A DNA stretch of 64,000 nt, taken from NCBI GenBank assembly GCA_030145345.1, contig JAQYVT010000005.1:3939-67938 (forward strand). The letters run 5' to 3'. Made by a program: the position numbers and the translations under genes. The notes beneath the pieces are model-generated. The model ran no database searches. It saw only the letters and a list, made by a program, of their open reading frames with translations, and had not been told where the DNA came from. The stretch is from Desulfobacterales bacterium (GTDB lineage Bacteria; Desulfobacterota; Desulfobacteria; Desulfobacterales; UBA11574). Positions 1-10,275 of this stretch are shown here, piece by piece (the stretch's first letter is position 1; each line of letters begins with the position of its first letter).

Positions 1-1
1 G

Positions 2-367
2 ATTGCCGGTACTTTCGCCGGCGTTGCCGGTGCCTTGTGGGGACCGTTTCAGCGGAGTGTTTCGCCGGTGCTTCTGGGTTGGACGCAGTCCGGTATACCC
101 GTCTTCATGACACTCATCGGGGGGGCAAGCTTTTTTGGCGGGCCGATGGTGGGTTCGGTCATATACACCGCTCTAAACTCTTATGTGACACGCTTTACGA
201 TGTATTGGCCACTCACCATCGGGGTCATTATTCTTTTCCTCGTATTGTTCGTTCCCGGTGGCATCCTCTCTGTTGTCGATGCCAGGATGGCCGCCTATCG
301 CCGTCGTCGAGAATCCGATGCTGATATTTCGGCAGGTTCGGCGGATGGTCGGGAGGGTGTCCAATGA
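2..367 (+). CDS. livM: Branched-chain amino acid ABC transporter permease, C-terminal fragment (5' end lies outside the window)
   Basis: The frame is open from the window edge. The product is hydrophobic and LivH/LivM-like (GGASFFGGPMVGSVIY...LFVPGGI). The stop overlaps the start of the next ABC ATPase gene at 364 (ATGA-type coupling). Confidence 0.75.
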   Translation: MAGTFAGVAGALWGPFQRSVSPVLLGWTQSGIPVFMTLIGGASFFGGPMVGSVIYTALNSYVTRFTMYWPLTIGVIILFLVLFVPGGILSVVDARMAAYRRRRESDADISAGSADGREGVQ

Positions 368-1113
368 GCCGCAAAATTCTTGAGGTGACCGGTCTGAACA
401 AACACTTCGGAGGACTTCACGCAGTCAAAGATTTTAATTTAGAGTTGTTTGAAGGGGATAGTTTGGCGATTATCGGCCCGAACGGCGCTGGAAAGACGAC
501 CCTGTTTAACCTGTTGACAGGGTACCACAAGGTCGATTCCGGAAGTATATTGTTTGGCGGGATGGACATTACCAACCGCCCTTCCCACGAAATAGCCCGC
601 GCCGGTATCTCGAGGGCCTTCCAGATTACCAACATCTTCCCGAAACTCACCGTTTTCGAAAATGTGCGGTCGGCTGTACAGACACAGATGGGCAAGGCGT
701 TCGACGTCTTTGGCCGGGCCGATAAGATCGGAACCGAGGAAACCGAGAACATCGTAGACCTCTGCGGTCTTGACAAAAGAATCCGAATCGTGGCAGGAGA
801 ACTTTCCCAAGGCGACAAGAAAAAACTTGAATTGGCTTTGGCTTTGGCAGGAAAACCCAAATTGCTGCTTCTAGACGAACCGACTGCGGGGATGTCCCTG
901 GAAGAGACCCGCGAGACGATGATTCTGGTGGATCGTCTCAACGAAGAATTCAACCTCACGGTACTGTTTACAGAGCACGACATGGCGGTGGTGTTCAATC
1001 ATGCCCACCGGGTGGCCTTGCTCCATAACGGTGAAATCATTGTTGTGGGGACCCCCGAGCAGGTGCGAATGAACGAGACGGTACAACGGATCTATTTGGG
1101 CGAGGATGCGTGA
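364..1113 (+). CDS. livG: Branched-chain amino acid ABC transporter ATP-binding protein (LivG type)
   Basis: It has Walker A GPNGAGKTT, signature LSQGDKKKLE and Walker B LLLLDEPTAG. It overlaps both neighbours by 4 nt. Confidence 0.9.
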   Translation: MSRKILEVTGLNKHFGGLHAVKDFNLELFEGDSLAIIGPNGAGKTTLFNLLTGYHKVDSGSILFGGMDITNRPSHEIARAGISRAFQITNIFPKLTVFENVRSAVQTQMGKAFDVFGRADKIGTEETENIVDLCGLDKRIRIVAGELSQGDKKKLELALALAGKPKLLLLDEPTAGMSLEETRETMILVDRLNEEFNLTVLFTEHDMAVVFNHAHRVALLHNGEIIVVGTPEQVRMNETVQRIYLGEDA

Positions 1114-1823
1114 TGGACGAATTGGTTGTAGATAACATACACACTTTTTACGGCACCAGCCACATTTTGTTCGGGATTTCACTTAAAGTGAACCGCGGGG
1201 AATGTGTCTGCCTGCTCGGCCGTAACGGTGTCGGAAAGACGACGACGCTCAAGACCATCATGGGTCTTGCCCATGCTGGACAGGGCGCCATCACATACAA
1301 CGAAAAAAATTTGATCGGCTTACCGCCATACGAGATTGCAAGAATGGGTATCGGTTATGTCCCCGATGAGCGGCTGATTTTCCCGGATCTAACGGTTCGC
1401 GAGAACCTGGAGATCGGGGAGAAGGCGCCCTTGACCCGCGATGTTGCCCCGTGGACCGTGGACCGAGTTTACCAGCTATTTCCCAGTCTGAAGCCCCTGG
1501 ATGGACGTCCGGGTGGGTATCTGAGCGGCGGTGAGCAACAGATGCTGACCTGCGGTCGGACATTGATGGGAAACCCCTCGTTGCTGCTGTTAGACGAGCC
1601 CGTCGAAGGTCTTGCACCGGTGGTCGTTCAAGAGGTTACCCAGCAAATCAGACATCTTAAGAAGATGGGACTGACCATTCTGTTTGCGGAGCAGAACATC
1701 AAGTTCGCCACCGAAATCTCGGACCGGGCTTACGTCATTGAAGGGGGGCGGGTCCGGTATGAAGGCACGATGGAGGCGCTTGAGCAGCAATCCGAGATCA
1801 AGGAAAAATACTTGATGATTTGA
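1110..1823 (+). CDS. livF: Branched-chain amino acid ABC transporter ATP-binding protein (LivF type)
   Basis: It has Walker A GRNGVGKTT, signature LSGGEQQML and Walker B LLLLDEP. The length (237 aa) is typical of LivF. Confidence 0.9.
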   Translation: MMDELVVDNIHTFYGTSHILFGISLKVNRGECVCLLGRNGVGKTTTLKTIMGLAHAGQGAITYNEKNLIGLPPYEIARMGIGYVPDERLIFPDLTVRENLEIGEKAPLTRDVAPWTVDRVYQLFPSLKPLDGRPGGYLSGGEQQMLTCGRTLMGNPSLLLLDEPVEGLAPVVVQEVTQQIRHLKKMGLTILFAEQNIKFATEISDRAYVIEGGRVRYEGTMEALEQQSEIKEKYLMI

Positions 1824-1877
1824 TTGGTTTCTTGGCGAACGATAGATTAACTTTACTCATCAAAGGAGTCAGACATT

Positions 1878-2849
1878 ATGACACAGTTTCGAGTGGCGGT
1901 GGTCCAGGCCGGAGCCGTGCCTTTTGACAGTGCGGGCAGCATTGAGAAGGCATGTGGTCTTGCCGCCGATGCAGCGAAGAAGGGCGCTAAACTGGTCGTT
2001 TTTCCAGAAGCCCTGGTTTCCGGTTATCCCAAAGGGCTCGACTTCGGTGCCCGGGTCGGCATGCGCACGCTCGAAGGGCGTAATGATTTTCGCCGCTACT
2101 GGGAAAGCGCCATCGATGTGCCCGGTCCGGCGACCGATATCCTTGCCGCCTCGGCGCAGGAAAATAAAGTCTATTTGGTCATCGGCGTCATTGAACGGGA
2201 GATGGGCACCCTTTATTGCACCGTATTGTTCTTCAGCCCTGATGGCCGCCTCATGGGCAAGCGTCGCAAGCTCATGCCAACGGCTATGGAACGGCTGATC
2301 TGGGGCTTTGGAGACGGTTCCACCTTGCCGGTTTTCGAGACGCCTTTAGGAAAGATCGGGACCGTAATTTGTTGGGAAAATTACATGCCCATGCTTCGCA
2401 TGGCCATGTACTCCAAAGGCATTCAAATATACTGCGCCCCAACCGCCGACGACCGCGACACGTGTATTCCCACCGTGCAACATATCGCAATGGAGGGACG
2501 ATGTTTTGTCCTTTCCTGCTGCCAGTACATCACCCGTGGTGCCTATCCAAAGGATTATTCCGCCATCCAGGGTGATGACCCGGAGACCCCGATGCTCCGC
2601 GGCGGCAGCTGCATTGTGGGACCGCTGGGGCAAATTCTGGCGGGTCCCCATTACGATGAAGAGTGTATCCTTACCGCCGATATCGACCTCGACGAGATCG
2701 CCCAGGGTAAATACGACTTCGATGTCGTCGGTCATTATGCGCGGCCTGACGTTTTCCGCCTGTACGTCAACGAGCGTGCAACACCGGCCGTCGTGTGGAA
2801 CGACACCCCGGCCGGCGATCCCTTTGCCGGTGAGAATGAGGCCGACTGA
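1878..2849 (+). CDS. Nitrilase / carbon-nitrogen hydrolase family protein
   Basis: The Glu-Lys-Cys triad contexts are present (FPEALVSGYP, RRKLMPT, CWENYMP). An AGGAG-type RBS (aaaggagtc) lies 7 nt upstream of the ATG. Confidence 0.85.
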   Translation: MTQFRVAVVQAGAVPFDSAGSIEKACGLAADAAKKGAKLVVFPEALVSGYPKGLDFGARVGMRTLEGRNDFRRYWESAIDVPGPATDILAASAQENKVYLVIGVIEREMGTLYCTVLFFSPDGRLMGKRRKLMPTAMERLIWGFGDGSTLPVFETPLGKIGTVICWENYMPMLRMAMYSKGIQIYCAPTADDRDTCIPTVQHIAMEGRCFVLSCCQYITRGAYPKDYSAIQGDDPETPMLRGGSCIVGPLGQILAGPHYDEECILTADIDLDEIAQGKYDFDVVGHYARPDVFRLYVNERATPAVVWNDTPAGDPFAGENEAD

Positions 2850-2916
2850 TTTAGGTCCAGCATCCACGTGGGATGTCAGTTCTTGCAATATTACGTCTTG
2901 AGGATCCAACATATAC

Positions 2917-2950
2917 AAGCCCCAATCTATTCAGATTGGGGCTTGTTTAA
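2917..2950. terminator. Bidirectional hairpin terminator between the convergent nitrilase and aspS genes
   Basis: The arms caagccccaatc / gattggggcttg form a 12-bp stem with a 5-nt loop, followed by gttt. Confidence 0.6.
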
Positions 2951-3010
2951 TCTTCAAATTGCAAGAGCACCGGCTTTGTCCGGATGTTTCACTTTGTTTG
3001 TATGGCGGTA

Positions 3011-4792
3011 TTACAGCTTCTTGACCCTCAATGAAAGCTCATCGAGCTGGGCTTTGCCGGCACCTGACGGCGCATTGGTCAGCAGACACGCTGCTTTTTG
3101 GGTTTTTGGAAAAGCGATGACATCCCGGATCGAAGGCTGTCCGCAGAGAATCATGGCGAGCCGATCGAACCCCAGGGCAATTCCGCCATGGGGCGGTGCC
3201 CCTGATTCGAGGGCCGACAGCAAAAATCCGAATTTTTCCTCATAGGTTTCCCGATCCATTCCCAGGGCCGCGAACACCCGTTCCTGAATTTCCCGCTGAT
3301 GGATACGGATGCTCCCGCCGCCGATCTCCGAACCGTTCAATACCAGATCATACGCTCTTGATCTGACGGAAAGCGGGTCACCTTCCAGGAGACCATAATC
3401 TTCTTCAAGGGGGGCCGTAAACGGATGGTGCAATGCCTGGTTCCGGCCTTCGTTTTCATCAAATTCCAGCAATGGAAACCGGGTGATCCAGACAAAACTG
3501 AAGCTGTCCTCCTGGATCAGTTCCAGCTTTTTCCCCAGAAAGTTTCGAAGCTGCCCCAGCGCCTCGTTGGTGATCTTTGGCTGGTCGGCAACAAAAAAAA
3601 CAAGATCTCCGGGGTGCATATCGATACGCTGTGCAAGGGCCTGTTTTTCATCGTCGGTGAAGAATTTTGCAATGGGGGATTGCCATGAATCTTCACGCAC
3701 CTTGATCCATGCCAGTCCCTTTGCCCGATAAACCGTGACAAGGTCCGTCAAATCGTCGATCTCTTTTCGTGTAAAGTCGATGCAGCCTTTGGCATTTATC
3801 GCCTTAACGATGCCGCCTTTTTTAACGGTATCGGAAAAGACCTTGAACCCTGCGTTCTCCACAATATCTGATATATCGATAAGTTCAAGGGCAAATCGAA
3901 TATCGGGTTTGTCCAGTCCGAAACGACCAACGGCATCTTCATAAGAGAGGTGCGGGAAGGGTGTTTGAAGGTCTTTCTCCAGAAGATCCCTAAAGAGATT
4001 GACCATCATGTCTTCGGTAATTTCCATCACATCGTCTTCCCCGACAAAAGACATCTCCATGTCGATCTGGGTGAACTCCGGCTGGCGGTCCGCTCTGAGA
4101 TCTTCGTCTCTGAAGCATTTGACAATCTGGTAGTACCGGTCAAATCCGGAGATCATCAGCAACTGTTTGAAAATCTGTGGAGACTGGGGCAGGGCGTAAA
4201 ACATCCCCGAATTAACCCGGCTGGGCACAAGATAGTCCCTTGCGCCTTCGGGCGTACTGCGGGTGAGCACCGGCGTTTCAATATCGATAAATCCATGGTC
4301 GTTTAGATACTGCCTGACCAAGGCGGCAGCCTTGTGCCGGGTGATGATGTTTTTTTGTAAAAGTGATCGCCTCAGATCGATATGACGGAATTTCAGCCGA
4401 ATATTTTCCGAAACATCCACATGGTCTTCAATCATAAACGGCGGTGTTTCAGCGGTATTTAATATTTTAAGTTCCGTGGCAAACACCTCTATCTCACCGG
4501 TTTTGAGTTTGGGGTTGGTCATCCCCTCCAGTCTTTTTTTAACATTCCCCCGTATACCGATGACGTATTCGCTCCGGATGACATGGGCCTTTGCATGAAC
4601 GGTGGGGCTGACTTCAGGGTTGAAAACAACCTGGGTGAGACCATTTTTGTCGCGCAGGTCAATGAAAATCACCCCGCCATGATCCCTTCGGCGCTGCACC
4701 CAACCCATCAGGACCACTTCCGTGTCCACATTTTCCACACCCAGTTCGCAGCAGGTATGGGTCCTCCTCATATTACCAAGTTTATCTGACAA
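3011..4792 (-). CDS. aspS: Aspartate--tRNA ligase
   Basis: It is 593 aa with class II motifs (FRDEDLRADRQPEFTQID, GGIALGFDRL) and an N-terminal OB-fold region. Confidence 0.95.
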   Translation of the reverse strand: MSDKLGNMRRTHTCCELGVENVDTEVVLMGWVQRRRDHGGVIFIDLRDKNGLTQVVFNPEVSPTVHAKAHVIRSEYVIGIRGNVKKRLEGMTNPKLKTGEIEVFATELKILNTAETPPFMIEDHVDVSENIRLKFRHIDLRRSLLQKNIITRHKAAALVRQYLNDHGFIDIETPVLTRSTPEGARDYLVPSRVNSGMFYALPQSPQIFKQLLMISGFDRYYQIVKCFRDEDLRADRQPEFTQIDMEMSFVGEDDVMEITEDMMVNLFRDLLEKDLQTPFPHLSYEDAVGRFGLDKPDIRFALELIDISDIVENAGFKVFSDTVKKGGIVKAINAKGCIDFTRKEIDDLTDLVTVYRAKGLAWIKVREDSWQSPIAKFFTDDEKQALAQRIDMHPGDLVFFVADQPKITNEALGQLRNFLGKKLELIQEDSFSFVWITRFPLLEFDENEGRNQALHHPFTAPLEEDYGLLEGDPLSVRSRAYDLVLNGSEIGGGSIRIHQREIQERVFAALGMDRETYEEKFGFLLSALESGAPPHGGIALGFDRLAMILCGQPSIRDVIAFPKTQKAACLLTNAPSGAGKAQLDELSLRVKKL

Positions 4793-4797
4793 TGGAA

Positions 4798-6048
4798 CTA
4801 ACTCCTTTCTATAATCTTCTCCACAACATCTTCAATGGGGATCGACATCTGTACTTTTGTTGTCATGTCGCGCAGAATAACGGCCCCTTGTTTAATCTCG
4901 TTATCACCCACGATCAAGACCTGTTTTGCGCCCAGCCGATGGGCCCGTTTCATCTGGCTCTTTAAACTTTTATCGCCAAATTCCATGTCCGCTTTAATAC
5001 CTTCAAGACCCCATGCACATTTCCATTCAAACACCAGAGATCGGTTCTTTTCACCCAGTGCAGCGATATAAATATCAGGTGTCTGTGCAAAATCTGTGCG
5101 GTTAAGATCCGCAATTTCTGCCAATCGGTCAAACCCTATGGCAAAGCCTGTTGCCGGAGTATCCGGTCCGCCGAGGGCTTTAATCAGGCCGTCATATCGC
5201 CCTCCGCCTGCCACAGCATTCTGTGCGCCCAACTCACCGGTCTGAATTTCAAAGGTTGTACGGGTATAATAATCCAGGCCCCTGACCAGTTTTTTGTCAA
5301 CGGTAAACGGAACGTTGATTGCCTTAAGGGCCCCTTTGACGATTTCAAAGTGCTCGTTGCAAGCCGGACACAAATGATCCAGAATAGACGGCGCACCCGT
5401 CATCGCCGTTCTGCAGGCCGGCACTTTGCAGTCGAGCACGCGCAGAGGATTTCGGTCTTTTCTTCTGACACAGTCTGAACAAAGGTTCCCACTGGATGAC
5501 GTTAAAAAACCTGAAAGGGCTGTTTTGAATTCCGGACGGCATTCCGGACACCCCAGGGAATTGATATGGGCCGCAACATCGGACACAGACAGTCTTGAAA
5601 AAAGTGTCAACAGGATAAAAATCAATTCAACGTCAGCCAACGGCGAATCCACACCGATAATTTCAGCATTGATTTGATAGAACTGCCGGTATCTCCCTTT
5701 TTGGGGCCTTTCCCGGCGAAACATAGGGCCGATGGTATAAAATTTCCGGACCGGATCTTTCGCATACAATTTGTGCTGGATATAGGATCGACAAACAGAT
5801 GCCGTTGCTTCGGGCCGAAGGGTGATAAGCTCACCTTTTCGGTCCGGGAAGGTGTACATTTCTTTTTCGACAATATCCGTATCTTCACCAATGCTCTTGG
5901 CAAACAGTTCGGTGCGCTCCATAATCGGAATTCGGATCTCTTTGAATCCGAAATCTTCAAAAAGAGCTCTGGCAGTCTTTTCGATCTCCTGCCAGAGTTC
6001 AACTTCACCGGGGAGAATATCTTTAAATCCTTTTATTAACTGTATCAT
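4798..6048 (-). CDS. hisS: Histidine--tRNA ligase
   Basis: It is 416 aa with motif 2 (MFRRERPQKGRYRQFYQ), GGGRYDGL and a C-terminal anticodon-binding domain. It lies 5 nt upstream of aspS. Confidence 0.95.
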   Translation of the reverse strand: MIQLIKGFKDILPGEVELWQEIEKTARALFEDFGFKEIRIPIMERTELFAKSIGEDTDIVEKEMYTFPDRKGELITLRPEATASVCRSYIQHKLYAKDPVRKFYTIGPMFRRERPQKGRYRQFYQINAEIIGVDSPLADVELIFILLTLFSRLSVSDVAAHINSLGCPECRPEFKTALSGFLTSSSGNLCSDCVRRKDRNPLRVLDCKVPACRTAMTGAPSILDHLCPACNEHFEIVKGALKAINVPFTVDKKLVRGLDYYTRTTFEIQTGELGAQNAVAGGGRYDGLIKALGGPDTPATGFAIGFDRLAEIADLNRTDFAQTPDIYIAALGEKNRSLVFEWKCAWGLEGIKADMEFGDKSLKSQMKRAHRLGAKQVLIVGDNEIKQGAVILRDMTTKVQMSIPIEDVVEKIIERS

Positions 6049-6051
6049 TCT

Positions 6052-7338
6052 TTATTTCTTTTCCCAGCGCAAAAGCTCCGTCACCTGGCTCAGGGTGCTC
6101 CCCTCTTTGATTTCCTCTCGGATGCGGTTTTCCTTTTCCAGAACATCCATGCTCCGGTTGGCGTACTCTACGGCAATGGCTTTTGGCAGCACGACCACTC
6201 CGTCGTCGTCGCCCAGCAGCCAGTCCCCGGGTTCTACGCGCATATTGCCCACCGTCACCGGAACGCCAATCTCTCCAAACCCCTTGGGTTCACCGGCATT
6301 GGGCATCACCAGTCTGCTGAACGCGGGGAATTTCATGTCAATGATTTCAGGGCTGTCTCTCAGGGCGCCGTCGATAACAACACCGCCCAGATTTCTTTGA
6401 ACTGCCGAATGGGTTGCCAGCTCTCCCCAGAGCGCAGGTCCCGCCCCACCGGCATCGATAACAATAATTTCACCCGGTTTCGCCACGTCAATGGCCTGAA
6501 CCGGCTTGGCCCAGTCTCCGGGATAGGTTCTTACCGTAACCGCCTGACCCACCATTCGTATGCCGGGGAAGAGCGGTCGAATTCCCTGCAGAACCCCCCC
6601 CCGGTGCAGGGCATCCGAAAGATTCGCTGACGACACCAGTTCCAATATTTCTCGAATATGAGACTCGCCTTTTCGTTTAAAAAGGGTGGTGCTGATGCTT
6701 TTTCCGGTATCGAGCCCTATGCGGATTTCTCGAGCCGCCTGTTCAGGATCCATGGCTTTGGTGATGGCGCCCCCCACAATAACGATGGTGGCACCGGCTT
6801 CCACGGCTCTGGCAGCGGTCTCAGAATTAATTCCCCCGGCCACTCCCACGGGAATGGACAATGCTTCACCCACCTGGCGTAGAACGTCGAAAGGATCTTT
6901 CCCTTCCATCTGTTCGTCGATGGCGCAGTGTACCGACACATAGTCCGCCCCAAAGTCCTCGACCTGCTTTGCTCTGGACAGAACATCCTCCACTGCGATC
7001 ATGTCCACCACTATTTTTGCACCATAGTTTTTTCCGGCCTGGATGCATTCCCGGATGGTCGCATCGCTGGATGCGCCAAGTACGTCAACGATATTGGCAC
7101 CTGCTTTGGCTGCAGTTTCAACTTCGGTTCTGCCGGCATCCATGATCTTCATATCTGCAACGATGGTGCTCTCAGGAAAAAGTTTCCTGAGTTCCCTGAC
7201 GGCATGTAGGCCTTCACTCTTGATGAGCGGCGTGCCGGCTTCAAGCCAGTCTACGCCGCCGGCGATACCGGCCTTGGCACTTTTCAGGGCCCGTTTCAAA
7301 TCTACAAAATCTAATGCCAATTGCAGGATTGGTTTCAT
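6052..7338 (-). CDS. Fusion protein: 3-hexulose-6-phosphate synthase (OMPDC/HUMPS family) plus an RraA/DlpA-like domain
   Basis: The N-terminal half (LQLALDF...ADMKIMDAG...HCAIDEQ) is HPS/OMP-decarboxylase-like. The C-terminal half (ANLSDALHRGG...GELATHSA...VVIDGALRD...GDWLLGDDDGVVVLP) is RraA-like. The longest ORF reaches 7389, but the ATG at 7338 is preceded by aaaggaggaaat and avoids overlap with the upstream gene. Confidence 0.8.
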   Translation of the reverse strand: MKPILQLALDFVDLKRALKSAKAGIAGGVDWLEAGTPLIKSEGLHAVRELRKLFPESTIVADMKIMDAGRTEVETAAKAGANIVDVLGASSDATIRECIQAGKNYGAKIVVDMIAVEDVLSRAKQVEDFGADYVSVHCAIDEQMEGKDPFDVLRQVGEALSIPVGVAGGINSETAARAVEAGATIVIVGGAITKAMDPEQAAREIRIGLDTGKSISTTLFKRKGESHIREILELVSSANLSDALHRGGVLQGIRPLFPGIRMVGQAVTVRTYPGDWAKPVQAIDVAKPGEIIVIDAGGAGPALWGELATHSAVQRNLGGVVIDGALRDSPEIIDMKFPAFSRLVMPNAGEPKGFGEIGVPVTVGNMRVEPGDWLLGDDDGVVVLPKAIAVEYANRSMDVLEKENRIREEIKEGSTLSQVTELLRWEKK

Positions 7339-7348
7339 ATTTCCTCCT

Positions 7349-7906
7349 TTATTCGATAACCGCGTGTTTGGATGAAACGCTTCCGACATCCTTTTTTCGG
7401 GTCTGGAATATTGCTAACACCACTGCCTCCAAAAAAAGAAAGGCGGATTGTTCAAACAAAGAGCCGGCCATCTGAGATGATTCAGGCTCATCGTCACGGC
7501 ACAGTTTGGTGGTTCCTGGAATATGTAGGCTTTTATCCACCAGGGACGCGATTTTCGATTCAATATTCCCCAGGATACCGTACGTTTCGGCCTCGTATTG
7601 TTTGGCAACCCTCACTGCTTCGAGTGTCGACGGGGTTTCCCCGGATCCGCTCAATACGATGAGCAGGTCATTACGGGTAATTGCCGGTGTAACGGTTTCG
7701 CCGCAAAAGTAAACCCTGTAACCCAAATGCATTAGACGCATGCAAAAACAGCGCAAAATAAAGCCGGATCTCCCCTGTGCGGAAAAAAAGATAGATTCCG
7801 CATTCAGGATCCTCTGGATAAAATCTTCCGAAATTTCATCACTGATGTTTTGCGCCAGAGATCGGTTCTCTTCCAAAATAACGTTGATCATTTTTTGGAC
7901 GTTCAA
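7349..7906 (-). CDS. 6-phospho-3-hexuloisomerase (SIS domain)
   Basis: It is 185 aa and SIS-type (FFSAQGRSG...LLIVLSGSGETPS). It lies immediately upstream of the HPS fusion, which is the classical hps/phi pairing. Confidence 0.8.
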   Translation of the reverse strand: MNVQKMINVILEENRSLAQNISDEISEDFIQRILNAESIFFSAQGRSGFILRCFCMRLMHLGYRVYFCGETVTPAITRNDLLIVLSGSGETPSTLEAVRVAKQYEAETYGILGNIESKIASLVDKSLHIPGTTKLCRDDEPESSQMAGSLFEQSAFLFLEAVVLAIFQTRKKDVGSVSSKHAVIE

Positions 7907-8236
7907 CGGTTTATCTTTTTCGGCAATTTTGGATGTCAGATGTTGTTTCAGAACAGCCCCTTAATCATAAAATTTTGAAAAATATTTCTCCGAAGGATTC
8001 ATGGGAACCGGTTTTGGGTCGGCCCCGTGAATCCGATACGGTTTCATAGCGCAACATGATACAAATATTAAAAAATAACTTGCTGTTGAAGTATCGAAGT
8101 ATGACGAAATGGTTCCTGCGTGTCAAGCAAATATTCGGCGCCTAAATATCCAAAAACTACCGACCGCTTTGGGTTGACAACGGCCGGTTCGCCATTGTAG
8201 TCAATTTAAGCACCATAAACGAGAAGGGAGACAGGA

Positions 8237-9109
8237 ATGAAACCTTCATTTGCCATTGTCGGATGCGGAAGGGTGGGTACGGCCCTTGCCATTTTTTTAA
8301 CCCGAGCCGGATACCGGGCTGTCGGATTTGCCAGCAAACGCATTTCATCGGCCAAACGGGTCGCGAATAGGGTCCAATCCGACCATTTCAGCAATGTCCC
8401 GTGGGAGATAACACCTGCCGCGGATATGGTTTTTATTACAACACCGGACAGTGCCATACCCGACACCTGTAACAATATATCCCAAAATATGGGGTTTGCC
8501 GCAAATGCAGTTGTGATGCACTGCAGCGGAGCACTGGCGTCATCGGTTTTATCCAGTGCCAAGGACTGCGGTGCATGGATCGGGTCGATGCATCCCTTGC
8601 AGAGTTTTGCTTCGGCCGACTACGAAGTCAATCCTTTTCAAGATATCGTTGTGTCCATAGAAGGTGAAGAACGTGCCCTTGAATTCGCAAGGAAGATTTC
8701 GGCCGATCTCGGCGGGCTGGGGATTGAGATTCTGACAGAAGCCAAAACCCTTTACCACGCATCAGCGGTGGTGGCATCGAATTTTCTGGTCACCTTGCTT
8801 GACCTTGCAATTCGGCTCATCGGTGAAGCCGGCGTCGACCGTCAGAATGCGTTTAATATATTAAAACCTCTGATTGAAGGCACGTTGTCCAATATAGAAA
8901 AAGTCGGGACCCAGGACGCGCTCACCGGCCCCATTGTCAGAGGGGATGTAAAAACCGTAGAAAAGCATATCGAAGAAATCGGGTTAAAAAGACCAGAACT
9001 TCTCACGCTTTATAAAACACTTGCTTTCTATACCATAGATATCGCCGCGGCAAGGGGTGCGATCCCGGAATCATCTGTACAGCAGCTTAAAAGCATTGCC
9101 GGGCCATAA
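8237..9109 (+). CDS. Rossmann-fold NAD(P)-binding protein with a DUF2520-like C-terminal domain
   Basis: The N-terminus has the dinucleotide fold IVGCGRVGTALA. The length and C-terminal helical part resemble the DUF2520 family. The RBS is gggagacagga before the ATG. Confidence 0.6.
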   Translation: MKPSFAIVGCGRVGTALAIFLTRAGYRAVGFASKRISSAKRVANRVQSDHFSNVPWEITPAADMVFITTPDSAIPDTCNNISQNMGFAANAVVMHCSGALASSVLSSAKDCGAWIGSMHPLQSFASADYEVNPFQDIVVSIEGEERALEFARKISADLGGLGIEILTEAKTLYHASAVVASNFLVTLLDLAIRLIGEAGVDRQNAFNILKPLIEGTLSNIEKVGTQDALTGPIVRGDVKTVEKHIEEIGLKRPELLTLYKTLAFYTIDIAAARGAIPESSVQQLKSIAGP

Positions 9110-9297
9110 CCCCTAGTTGTGGCAAAACACTTTTGGCTGGCTCCGAAACGTTTTTTGATACATCTCAGGCTCGCTTCAGGCGATGCCAAAACTCGCCCTT
9201 GGGGCTCAAACAGTTGGAATCGGTTTTCTGACACCCGAAACCTGACAACTTTCCAGGGAGCGTTTTTGTTCGATTGAGATTAAAGGAGGACTATTTT

Positions 9298-10275
9298 ATG
9301 AAAAAACGTCTAATGATTATGACCGTATTCACCCTATTTTTTTATTCAGGATCTGCCATGGCGGTTATCGGGATCAAGTTGGGTGTCGTGACCAAACCGG
9401 GTTCGGCCCAAAATATTGTGGCCGAAAAATTTAAAGAACTTATTGAACAGCGCTCAAACGGTAATATTCAGGTTCAAATCTTCCATTCCAATTCCATCGG
9501 CAATGAAACCGAAATTCTTCAGCAGATACAAATGAACACGGTTCAGATGGGAATTATTACCGCCGGCCCTTTTGATACATTCGACCCGATTGTAAGAGTG
9601 ATCAATTATCCTTTTCTATTTAAAGACCATGAGCAGGCGGATAAAATCCTGGACGGTCCTCTGGGTGCAAAGGTATTAAAAAGTTTAGAAAGAGCCGGCT
9701 TTAAGGGGCTGTGTTTTTCAGAAAACGGATTCAGGGACCTTACAAATAACAGACATCCCGTGAAAAGCCCGGATGAGATAAAGGGGCTCAAAATCCGGGT
9801 CATGGCCTCTGCGCTCCATAACGCCATATGGCAGGCTCTGGGAGCGAACCCAACGCCAATACCCTGGCCGATCTACACCGAGTTGGAACAGGGCGTTATC
9901 GACGGCCAGGAAAATCCCCTCTGGGTTATGGAGGTCTACAAGTTTTACGAGATTCAGAAATATATGACCCTGACCCGCCATGTCTATTCTCCCCACATTG
10001 ACGTGGTTTCTCTCAAATGGTGGAAGACGTTGGATTCCAAAACACAGGACTTGATTCAAACGACCCTTTATGACGCCGCCGTGTTCCAGCGGGAAGACAA
10101 TCGCTCCAAAAATACCGCGCGGTTGACCTTCCTCAAAGAAAAGGGCCTGCAGGTCGAAGAGAATCCGGATATCGACGCTTTTCGTACCCGAGTGGCCGGA
10201 CTAAAGGACATGGATCTTTACAGCGAACCCAGGGTTCAGGCGTTGCTGATAGAGATGTTGAATGCAACCCGTTAA
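9298..10275 (+). CDS. TRAP transporter substrate-binding protein (DctP family), no adjacent membrane subunits
   Basis: It has a signal peptide (MKKRLMIMTVFTLFFYSGSAMA) and a DctP-like body. The ATG at 9298 has an AGGAGG 8 nt upstream. The longest ORF starts at a TTG at 9274. Confidence 0.8.
   Translation: MKKRLMIMTVFTLFFYSGSAMAVIGIKLGVVTKPGSAQNIVAEKFKELIEQRSNGNIQVQIFHSNSIGNETEILQQIQMNTVQMGIITAGPFDTFDPIVRVINYPFLFKDHEQADKILDGPLGAKVLKSLERAGFKGLCFSENGFRDLTNNRHPVKSPDEIKGLKIRVMASALHNAIWQALGANPTPIPWPIYTELEQGVIDGQENPLWVMEVYKFYEIQKYMTLTRHVYSPHIDVVSLKWWKTLDSKTQDLIQTTLYDAAVFQREDNRSKNTARLTFLKEKGLQVEENPDIDAFRTRVAGLKDMDLYSEPRVQALLIEMLNATR

Noticed and set aside
2346-2918. Long ORFs lie antisense to, or overlap, clearly identified genes. 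Examples are 417-998, 2346-2918, 5822-6400, 37217-37657, 49250-49735, 58030-58551 and 55322-55926.
   Set aside because: Each lies opposite or out of frame within a gene that has strong family motifs. None has an RBS, a recognisable domain or plausible composition.
7339-7389. The HPS fusion ORF has a 17-codon N-terminal extension that would overlap the PHI gene by 41 nt.
   Set aside because: The internal ATG at 7338 has a strong aaaggagg RBS and begins exactly at the conserved KPILQLALD core. The extension is probably not translated.
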